A stretch of 64,000 nt of DNA from an uncultured Chitinophaga sp. Its GTDB lineage: Bacteria > Bacteroidota > Bacteroidia > 2-12-FULL-35-15. The notes below the pieces were generated by a model, which saw nothing but the letters and a program-made list of their open reading frames with translations, did no database searches and was not told the DNA's origin. Positions 19,010-26,937 of the stretch are shown one piece after another. Position 1 is the first letter of the stretch; each line of letters begins with the position of its first letter. The stretch covers positions 37,567 through 101,566 of the forward strand of contig CAZJUY010000007.1 in the NCBI GenBank assembly GCA_964549315.1, in the 5' to 3' direction. A program made the position numbers and the translations under genes.

Positions 19010-22000
19010 AAGATGATTTTTTACCAATTCGGCTAAAAATATTTTCTAATAAGTTGATGAACTTTTTAAGAATATCAAAATATAAGGTAATAGCCAAGAA
19101 TAAGCTCATAACCCATATTACAGATATATTGAACCAATAGGTGTCGTAATACTTGCCCAAGAATTTTTTGCGAGGTGCAAAGAAATGAGCTCGTCCTAAA
19201 TTAGACTCAACAGGATCTAAATAAACAGGGTCGATTTTTTGAATATATTCCCCATCTAAATCTAATATACGGTAAGGAGTAGTACGATTAGTAACTAAGT
19301 CTTTTAAACTTTCGTTTTCATAATCATCTTTACTTTTTAAATAAGCAACTCTTGATAAACTGTCTTTATTTAATTTTCCAATTTCAGTGTCTTTTAATTG
19401 TGTAGCACGTTTAAAATTATTTAAATAAACAGTTTTAAGCGTAGTGAAAAAATCACGAATTTGGTTAGCAACAGTAGGGCCGAAGCTACCAATGTTTAAA
19501 TTGTCTAAACCTCCGCATCTCAAATTTTCATTGCCAGGCAACATCAACTCTTTTTGGATTTCGCTTTTTATCATTAGCAATGCATCAATAACATCTTGCT
19601 TGTTTTCAGGTTTTTGATAGTTGCTTTCGCAGAAATCAATTTTTTTATTAAGTTCTGTTAGCCAATAATCTTTTTTGTATGTAGAAATACTCAACGCTTT
19701 GTCGTACTTGTAAAGTTTTTTGTTGAAAGCATTGTCTTTAAATTGTTTGATAGCAAGTGCTTCAAAAGCCCAGCGAGATGTCATTACTTCACCGCTAAAT
19801 GGAACCACATTTTGTGAAGTAATACTTGGGTTTAATTTGTCGAATTTTACAATTACACCACTTAATAATAATTGAGGAATAATTAAAAATGGAATTAAAA
19901 TATAAATAGTTACAGCAGAGTTAAAGCTAGCTGAAATATTTAAGCCCAACATATTAGCAAAGCAAGACGTAGTAAACAACACTAACCAATAAGAAAGTGT
20001 CATTCCTCCAATTTCTAAAACGTAGTTACCAACTAAAACAAACATAATCGTTTGTATAGCTGAAAGAACAAACATGATTACAATTTTGCTCCATAAATAA
20101 CTGCCTTTACTTAAGTTCAAGAATGATTCACGTTTTTGAATTTTTCTATCTCTGATAATTTCTTCGGCACTTACTGTTAAACCAATAAATAAAGCAACTA
20201 CAACAGCCATAAAAAGATAGGCAGGCATATTTTCGTTTTCTCTGAAAATGTATCCAACTTTGTTTGATAAATCAGTATTGTAAAATTTTATTAAGTAAGC
20301 AAGTATAAAAGCTAAAACAGGTGCTTCTAATAAATTGATTGATAAGTATTGTTTATTAGTTAATTTAGATAATACATCACGAGTAATAAATACTTTAAAT
20401 TGACTAAATTTGTTTGGGCGCTTAAATGTACTTTCTGGAATTTCAGTAAAATCAGTTACATCCTCAACTCTTTTTTCTAATTTCTCTCTGTAGTGTTTGT
20501 TCCATTCACTTGGAGACATTTTTCTGTTCAATGTCAAATTTCCATACTCATCTAATACTTTTGATTCAATAATATTAAATACTTGTTCTGGATTTACATT
20601 ACCACACTCAATACATTCGCTTTCGTTGCTATTTACATGGTTAACAACAGTTTTAAAGTATATAACTGAATCAACAGGGTTGCCATAATATATAGGATAA
20701 CCGCCCACATCTAAAATCATTAGTTTGTCAAACATTTTAAATATGTCTGACGATGGCTGATGGATTACAACAAAAACAAGTTTGCCTTTTAATGCAAGCT
20801 CTTTAAGTAAGTCCATAATATTTTCTGAGTCGCGAGAAGATAAACCAGAAGTAGGTTCATCTACAAATAGTACAGATGGTTCACGAATTAATTCCAACGC
20901 AATGTTTAATCGTTTACGTTGACCACCAGAAATTGTTTTTTCTAAAGGGCTACCAACTTTTAAATCACGTGTTTCAATTAAACCAATGTCGGTAAGTACT
21001 TCCACCACCATTTCAGAAATTTCAGCATCAGACTTGTTCCCAAAACATAGTTTAGCATTGTAAAATAAATTTTGAAAAACAGAAAGTTCTTCAATCAATA
21101 AATCATCTTGCGAAACGTGACCAATAACACCTTCAATTTGATTTTTTTCGGTGTGAATATTTATTCCATTTATTTTAACCGAACCAGCACTTGGTATTTC
21201 ATTTCCGTTTAATACGTTTAGTAATGTAGATTTACCCGCACCAGAACCTCCCATAATTCCAATTAATTTACCCGACTCTTCTCTGAAGTTGATATCACGT
21301 AAACCTAATTTTCCTCCTTTAAATTTGTACTCTAAATTTTGTACTACGAATGATACTTTTGCTTTAGAAGTGTCGCTCATAAATGAGCTTAAAATATCGC
21401 TATAATAAACTGGTTTTACTTTTGAACTTCTTAATGATGAACCAGGAGTTAGGATATAAACTTTTCCTTGAAATAAAATTTGTCCGTTAAGCAATAAATC
21501 ACTTTTTCCAAAATATACCAAAGCGTACATATTAACACTTGGTATCCAAAGCACTCGTGCTTGTCCAGTTACGCCTTCGGCATAGATATGTTTTGTTTCA
21601 ACTAATTTATGGTCGGTACGGTTGTCAATTATTAAAACTTTTGATGATTCAGGAATTTCGTTTTCTGATGCGCGAACAAATTTCATACAGCTTTTAAATT
21701 CTGTATCTTCAATATTAAATGTTTCTGCCACAGTAGTAACAAACTCTAACTCTTGTTCTGCAATTTCTTCATTAGAATTAATAAATTCAATCAAACGTAA
21801 TAACACAACCACTTTTTGAACCTGCGTAAGTTCCTCATTTATTTGAGTACAAATTCTTAAAACCTTAACAGAGTTTAATGAAGTACGTTTTGCTGTTCCA
21901 TCTTTCTTTTTGGTTACTTGATGATGCGCTTCTAAAAACTCATCAAATATTTTTAAATATTGGTCAACCAACTCTTGGTTAAGCTGTTGTTTCAAAAAGG

Positions 22001-22094
22001 ATTGTACAATTAATCGCCCGTTATCATTTATGCCATCAACTCTTGCAATAATTGCAAACATTTGCATCAGGGCTTTTAATATGCGTTCACTCAT
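19008..22094 (-). CDS. ABCG/White-type fused ABC transporter (NBD-TMD) with N-terminal TerB-like and FHA-like domains
   Basis: Walker A GGSGAGKST; signature ISGGQRKRLNIALEL; Walker B VLFVDEPTSGL; H-loop VIHQPS; six TM segments with SRWAFEAL before a ~200-aa loop. TerB/FHA calls rest on degenerate motifs. Confidence 0.85.
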   Translation of the reverse strand: MSERILKALMQMFAIIARVDGINDNGRLIVQSFLKQQLNQELVDQYLKIFDEFLEAHHQVTKKKDGTAKRTSLNSVKVLRICTQINEELTQVQKVVVLLRLIEFINSNEEIAEQELEFVTTVAETFNIEDTEFKSCMKFVRASENEIPESSKVLIIDNRTDHKLVETKHIYAEGVTGQARVLWIPSVNMYALVYFGKSDLLLNGQILFQGKVYILTPGSSLRSSKVKPVYYSDILSSFMSDTSKAKVSFVVQNLEYKFKGGKLGLRDINFREESGKLIGIMGGSGAGKSTLLNVLNGNEIPSAGSVKINGINIHTEKNQIEGVIGHVSQDDLLIEELSVFQNLFYNAKLCFGNKSDAEISEMVVEVLTDIGLIETRDLKVGSPLEKTISGGQRKRLNIALELIREPSVLFVDEPTSGLSSRDSENIMDLLKELALKGKLVFVVIHQPSSDIFKMFDKLMILDVGGYPIYYGNPVDSVIYFKTVVNHVNSNESECIECGNVNPEQVFNIIESKVLDEYGNLTLNRKMSPSEWNKHYREKLEKRVEDVTDFTEIPESTFKRPNKFSQFKVFITRDVLSKLTNKQYLSINLLEAPVLAFILAYLIKFYNTDLSNKVGYIFRENENMPAYLFMAVVVALFIGLTVSAEEIIRDRKIQKRESFLNLSKGSYLWSKIVIMFVLSAIQTIMFVLVGNYVLEIGGMTLSYWLVLFTTSCFANMLGLNISASFNSAVTIYILIPFLIIPQLLLSGVIVKFDKLNPSITSQNVVPFSGEVMTSRWAFEALAIKQFKDNAFNKKLYKYDKALSISTYKKDYWLTELNKKIDFCESNYQKPENKQDVIDALLMIKSEIQKELMLPGNENLRCGGLDNLNIGSFGPTVANQIRDFFTTLKTVYLNNFKRATQLKDTEIGKLNKDSLSRVAYLKSKDDYENESLKDLVTNRTTPYRILDLDGEYIQKIDPVYLDPVESNLGRAHFFAPRKKFLGKYYDTYWFNISVIWVMSLFLAITLYFDILKKFINLLENIFSRIGKKSS

Positions 22095-22124
22095 GGTTTA
22101 AGGTAGTTGTTGTTTTAAAAAATA

Positions 22125-22155
22125 AAAGCATTAATACCGCAGTAATTAATGCTTT
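22125..22155 (-). terminator. Intra-operon hairpin with U-tract between the 144-aa gene and the ABC gene
   Basis: Minus strand AAAGCATTAAT(T)AC-TGCG-GTATTAATGCTTT followed by TATTTTTT. Confidence 0.65.
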
Positions 22156-22175
22156 CAAAAATTTTATTTTAAAAA

Positions 22176-22610
22176 TTATTTTTGTTGTTTAAAGCCAATT
22201 AAAATTACAGCACGTCCAGAACCTGCAGAGCTACTTGCAAGTTTAGCTTCAATAATACAATCTAGTGTGTTCGTAATTTTAAAATCCCAGTATGGAGCAT
22301 TTTTATATTCACTGTTTGTAAACAATAAATTGTGTTCAGTGTCATAAACAGAAAAAATTAAATTACCATCGCTTAAGCCACTGCAAGCAGCAATACGATA
22401 AACAGTTCCACTGTAAAGTGTAGTGTGGAATTCAGCAGTTTCATCAGCATTCATTAACAAAGCACGGTATTGTTGCCCGTCAGATATAAATTGAGCTTCT
22501 AAGTGTTTTGCACAAGAATTAGCAACTGTATCAGATATTTGAGCTGATGCAGTATTAACCAAAATTACTGTTGCTAAGGTAAATGCTAATTGTAAAAATA
22601 TTTTTTTCAT
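22176..22610 (-). CDS. Small exported beta-rich hypothetical protein
   Basis: Sec signal peptide ending ASA/Q; three cysteines in the mature part; beta-sandwich-like pattern (AEFHTTLYSGTVYRIAAC). Confidence 0.8.
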   Translation of the reverse strand: MKKIFLQLAFTLATVILVNTASAQISDTVANSCAKHLEAQFISDGQQYRALLMNADETAEFHTTLYSGTVYRIAACSGLSDGNLIFSVYDTEHNLLFTNSEYKNAPYWDFKITNTLDCIIEAKLASSSAGSGRAVILIGFKQQK

Positions 22611-22660
22611 AATGTGTATGTTTTGTATAATCTTTAATCTAAAACTTGTTGTTCAATTGT

Positions 22661-23557
22661 TTATCCTACAATTTGTGATCTGATTGATTTCACTTTTTGA
22701 GTAATCAATTCAATTTGTTCAGGAGTAATGTTTACTTCTGATTTACTATTGATAGTTGTTGTTTTTTTATCAGCATCAGTAGTTGGTTTTTCAAAAGTGT
22801 ATTTAAACTCAACACCATCAAATACTGTAGATAAATCATTTAGGTTGTCAACAAATTCCATATACTCAGGTTGGCTGTAGTATTGTGTTAATAGTTTAAT
22901 TAAACTTTGTAAAGATGATTTTTGCTCAGCAATTCTGCGTTTTACAGCTTCGTTTGGTTTTGCTTTGTAAACATTTGTAGCAAAGTATAAACTCTCAATC
23001 CAGCCTCCTGCAAGTACTAAACCACTTACATCACTACGGTCGTTAGTTTTTAAATATGCATCACTTGAGCGGTATGCAATACCTACAAGAACAAGCATAG
23101 AATCTTTATTCCCTAAGTTTTTTTGAAAACGTTCAATTGTAGATAAATCAAATGCTCCAGAAACTCCTAATTCGTCACTCAATTTTTTAGCAGCGTTTAA
23201 GAAACCAATTGCATCTTGATTTTGGTCATAAATAGTAACATAACCTAAGTCAGCACCATAAATACCAAGATTTAAAGCTTTTGCAAAGTTGGTAGAATAT
23301 TGTGACGATTTATTTGAAGGATTTAATATGTCTTTGCTATAAGAAGCTCCACTGTTTTTAATCAAAAACGCAGTTTGGATAGGTGATGGAATACTGAAAA
23401 TTTCACCACTAATGTTTAAAATAGTGCTTTGAGTACTATCAACTGGAGGTAGTGAATCATCATTATTTCCGTTATCTGTGCCACAACCTGCTGCAACTAA
23501 AGCAGCAAAAGCAAATAAAGTATAATTTCTTTTAAGTGTAAAACGTTTAAATGTCAT
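22661..23557 (-). CDS. Hypothetical all-alpha lipoprotein
   Basis: Lipobox VAAG/C (Cys25) followed by acidic GTDNGNNDDS; conserved-looking motifs PSP...A, ALNLGIYGADLGY, GGWIESLY. Confidence 0.82.
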   Translation of the reverse strand: MTFKRFTLKRNYTLFAFAALVAAGCGTDNGNNDDSLPPVDSTQSTILNISGEIFSIPSPIQTAFLIKNSGASYSKDILNPSNKSSQYSTNFAKALNLGIYGADLGYVTIYDQNQDAIGFLNAAKKLSDELGVSGAFDLSTIERFQKNLGNKDSMLVLVGIAYRSSDAYLKTNDRSDVSGLVLAGGWIESLYFATNVYKAKPNEAVKRRIAEQKSSLQSLIKLLTQYYSQPEYMEFVDNLNDLSTVFDGVEFKYTFEKPTTDADKKTTTINSKSEVNITPEQIELITQKVKSIRSQIVG

Positions 23558-23595
23558 CTCGTTTTTTGGGTTAAATTATTTTTACAATGAAAGTC

Positions 23596-23625
23596 CAAAA
23601 ATAATACTTTATCTAATAAATCAAA
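23596..23625 (-). promoter_or_regulatory. Bacteroidota housekeeping promoter (TTTG-N18-TATTTTTG) for the lipoprotein/ABC operon
   Basis: Plus-strand CAAAAATA at 23596-23603 and CAAA at 23622-23625 match the -7 and -33 elements. Confidence 0.6.
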
Positions 23626-23762
23626 CAATTCGTACCTGTTTTTTTGCATTTTTATCAGAAACAGAGCAATATAAGCTGTTGCTCGTTCTAAAACATTGAT
23701 TTTCAGTAGCAACTAAGATAATTACTCATTTGCCTGTTTTTACAATATCTTTGCGCAAAATT

Positions 23763-24950
23763 ATGAAGACTTTAGATACTGATTTTAAGATGATTGCCAA
23801 AACCATTTTTGGTTTGGAAGAAACCTTAGCTGGCGAATTATCGCGCTTGGGAGCAAAAGATGTAGAAATACATAACCGTGCTGTAAGTTTTGTTGGTGAT
23901 AAAGGATTTATGTACAAAGCTAATTTGTGCTTACGTACGGCTTTACGCATTTTAGTTCCTATTGAAACATTTACAGTTGTGAACGAACAATCACTTTATG
24001 AATCGATTCAAACCATCAATTGGGAAGATTACATGAATGTGAACGATACATTGGCGATAGATACCGTTTTAAATTCCGAACTTTTTACACATTCACAATT
24101 TATTTCGCAAAAAGCAAAAGATGCAATTGTTGACCAATTTAGGGCTAAGCACAACGATAGGCCCAATGTAGATTTGGATAAACCCACTATCAGAATTAAT
24201 TTACATATTTTCAGAGATGTTTGTACCGTTTCTTTAGACAGTTCGGGTGAATCATTACACAAACGTGGGTACCGAGATAAAACCAATCTTGCACCTATAA
24301 ACGAAGTACTAGCAGCAGGTTTGGTAATGTTAAGTGGGTGGGATAAACGTACTAATTTTATTGACCCAATGTGTGGTTCGGGAACTATTTTGGTGGAAGC
24401 AGCATTGTATGCAAACAATATACCTCCTGGATATTTTAGAGAAGATTTTGGATTTATGCGTTGGCAAAAAATTATGCCTTTTGAAGAAGAATTATGGGAT
24501 ATAATTTTTGATGCGGCAATAAATAAAATTACCAATCACGAGCAAAAAATAATAGGAGGCGAAATTTCGCCTAACGTAACCAAAAAAGCAAAAGAAAATA
24601 TAAAACTTGCTAAAGTAGATGATGTGGTTACAATTAGAAATTGCGATATGAAAGATTTTGAAGTACCCGCTGGGCGAGGGGTAGTAGTAATAAATCCGCC
24701 TTATGGCGAGCGTATGGTAAAAGATAATATCGAAGAACTTTATAAAATGATGGGTGATACGTTTAAACAAAAATTTGCTGGTTACACTTGCTGGATTTTG
24801 AGTTCGAATTTAGAAGCATTTAAGCACGTAGGTTTACGCCCAACCCGAAAAATAACGTTGTTTAACGGACAATTGGAATGTAAATTTTTGAAATACGAAA
24901 TTTATGAGGGGACTAAAAAGATTCATAAATTAAGCAACAATGATAAGTAA
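23763..24950 (+). CDS. rlmL: THUMP-domain class I SAM-dependent RNA methyltransferase (RlmL-type, probably 23S rRNA m2G2445)
   Basis: GLEETLAGEL, THUMP region, SLDSSGESLHKRGYR, APINEVLAA, DPMCGSGT, NPPYGER. -7 box TATCTTTG at 23746-23753 supports a start at 23763 rather than 23730. Confidence 0.8.
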   Translation: MKTLDTDFKMIAKTIFGLEETLAGELSRLGAKDVEIHNRAVSFVGDKGFMYKANLCLRTALRILVPIETFTVVNEQSLYESIQTINWEDYMNVNDTLAIDTVLNSELFTHSQFISQKAKDAIVDQFRAKHNDRPNVDLDKPTIRINLHIFRDVCTVSLDSSGESLHKRGYRDKTNLAPINEVLAAGLVMLSGWDKRTNFIDPMCGSGTILVEAALYANNIPPGYFREDFGFMRWQKIMPFEEELWDIIFDAAINKITNHEQKIIGGEISPNVTKKAKENIKLAKVDDVVTIRNCDMKDFEVPAGRGVVVINPPYGERMVKDNIEELYKMMGDTFKQKFAGYTCWILSSNLEAFKHVGLRPTRKITLFNGQLECKFLKYEIYEGTKKIHKLSNNDK

Positions 24951-24968
24951 ATTTAAATAAGAACAAGG

Positions 24969-25598
24969 TTAGTCTCTCTCCAATATCACATTCAATTCAC
25001 TAATCATCATTGCCGTTGCGCCCCAAACAGTATGTCCCTCAATGTTGTAATAAGGTGATTTTATTTTGTAACCGCTGCTATGGGTAATTGTTTTTATTCC
25101 TTTTATGTTAGAATCATTTAAGCCAAGTATATCTGTGGTAATAATTTTTTCTACTTCTCTTGCATCAGCTTTAAAAATTGGTGTTTGTGAAGTGTAAGCA
25201 ATAAAAGGTGTAACTAAAAAATTGCTTGGGCTTATGTAAACATCTGTTAATTTGCCAATGATTTCAACTTGTTGCGTATTAATACCAACTTCTTCTTGTG
25301 TTTCGCGTAAAGCGGTATGTTGTAAGTCAATATCCGTTTCTTCAAACTTACCACCTGGAAATGCAATTTGTGCGCTATGCACCCCATCGTAAGTTGGGCG
25401 TTGAATTAAAACTGTTTTAAAGCTATCATTTTGATTGTAAATTAATACCAAAACAGCACTTTTTTTAGGTTTCAGAGCTACTAGGTTAAGCTCTTTCATT
25501 CTTTCGCGACTAACTGGAGCCATTGAAAATTGAGCGTTTTCGCCTGGCAGAGGTTCTTGAAGTTGTTTTTTTAGTTTATCAATAAAAGCATGAAACAT
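24969..25598 (-). CDS. Nudix hydrolase, CoA pyrophosphatase subfamily
   Basis: LIQR....GVHSAQIAFPGG, Nudix box E...D.....ALRETQEEVGI, VWGATAMM; ATG 25598 preferred. Confidence 0.88.
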   Translation of the reverse strand: MFHAFIDKLKKQLQEPLPGENAQFSMAPVSRERMKELNLVALKPKKSAVLVLIYNQNDSFKTVLIQRPTYDGVHSAQIAFPGGKFEETDIDLQHTALRETQEEVGINTQQVEIIGKLTDVYISPSNFLVTPFIAYTSQTPIFKADAREVEKIITTDILGLNDSNIKGIKTITHSSGYKIKSPYYNIEGHTVWGATAMMISELNVILERD

Positions 25599-25692
25599 AT
25601 CAAAACAAAAGTAACGTGTTATGAGCAAACAGCGAAACATAAAGTAAAATATTCCGTAATAATAGGCACAAACAAGCTAAAACTACAAACCC

Positions 25693-25863
25693 ATGAACAC
25701 TGAAAAACTACAAGAGGTGGTTCAATGGCTAAACCAACAAATTGCTCATTTAAATGATGCTATCAATGAAGCACGAAACACACAAAATTTTGGAAGAGAA
25801 TCACAATGCGAAGGAATGAGAGATGCTTTTATTAGATGCTTAAATAAAATAAACAATGCTTGA
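25693..25863 (+). CDS. Small hypothetical protein, 56 aa (below ORF-track cutoff)
   Basis: ATG-TGA ORF MNTEKLQEVVQWLNQQIAHLNDAINEARNTQNFGRESQCEGMRDAFIRCLNKINNA fills the intergenic gap; A-rich leader; ECF-like motif upstream. Confidence 0.6.
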   Translation: MNTEKLQEVVQWLNQQIAHLNDAINEARNTQNFGRESQCEGMRDAFIRCLNKINNA

Positions 25864-25868
25864 GTTTA

Positions 25869-26861
25869 CTATTGAACAACATTAATTGATTGTCCAACTT
25901 TGAGCTTCACTCTGCCTGAACTCATGTTGTTCATCTGTTTTAAACGAGTAGTGGTAGTACCAAATCGTTTAGCAATTTCAAAAAGAGTATCACCCCTTTC
26001 TACTGTATAATATTTTGCGTTGCTTGGAAAAGCGGCTATACCCCATTTTGTCTTTTTTATTGTAAGTTCTTCGCAAAATAGTTTTTGATCTTTTAATGCA
26101 ACAATATACTTTGGATTAATTGGAACGCCTTTTAATCTGATTTCAAAATGCAAATGAGTTCCAGTTGAATGCCCTGTACTGCCACCTAATCCAATAAGTT
26201 GACCAGCGGATACAATGTCACCAGGTTTTACTTTTATTTTCCAGAGGTGAGCATAAACAGTTTCTAAGCCATTGTAATGTCTGATGATAACCACATTTCC
26301 AAAACCTCCAAAACGTTTTGCAATACGTACCATTCCACCAAACGCAGCGGATACCTTATCTCCTTTATTCAAATCAATATCAATTCCGTTGTGCTGTGTA
26401 CTATCTCTCCATCCAAAATAAGACGTTATTGGCCCATCAAAAGGATGGAAATAATCATCTTGTCCGTCTGCTTTTAGGTTAATCGTTAAAGAGCTGTCAC
26501 CCTTTAGTTTTAACATGTCTTTTTCTGGAAATAGATTATTTATTTCCCAACCTGCGTATATGTCGGCTGCAGGGAATTTGTTTTTGTCAAAATATTTTGA
26601 ATTTGATTTAATATGTGAAATTGCCAAATTGATTTCTGAAATTAAATCGCTAGGAATTGTATCCATTTCTAATAAAAAATCAACCAGGGTGTATAGCTGT
26701 TCTTTATTCATGTTTTGAATTAAGCTAGAAACGGGCGGTTTAGTGGATACGGTATCGTCAGGACCAGAAATAAAATTTCTTGCCTTTGATTGAAAAGTGC
26801 TGCAAATCAATAAAAGACTTGCGATAAATGTGTATGAAATATGTTTTTTCAATTCAAACAA
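25869..26861 (-). CDS. M23 family metallo-endopeptidase with C-terminal LysM domain
   Basis: Signal peptide; HNGID (HxxxD) and HLH (HxH) zinc motifs; LysM YTVERGDTLFEIAKRFG. Confidence 0.92.
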   Translation of the reverse strand: MFELKKHISYTFIASLLLICSTFQSKARNFISGPDDTVSTKPPVSSLIQNMNKEQLYTLVDFLLEMDTIPSDLISEINLAISHIKSNSKYFDKNKFPAADIYAGWEINNLFPEKDMLKLKGDSSLTINLKADGQDDYFHPFDGPITSYFGWRDSTQHNGIDIDLNKGDKVSAAFGGMVRIAKRFGGFGNVVIIRHYNGLETVYAHLWKIKVKPGDIVSAGQLIGLGGSTGHSTGTHLHFEIRLKGVPINPKYIVALKDQKLFCEELTIKKTKWGIAAFPSNAKYYTVERGDTLFEIAKRFGTTTTRLKQMNNMSSGRVKLKVGQSINVVQ

Positions 26862-26937
26862 TTTGCTATTCAGGGGTTTTAAGGGTAGCTAAATTATCTA
26901 AATAAACTAAAAAAACAAATTTTTGATGGATTTAGGC

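Noticed and set aside
24029-24770. 168-aa and 92-aa antisense ORFs inside the rlmL-like gene
   Set aside because: Shadow frames of a conserved methyltransferase; no independent support.
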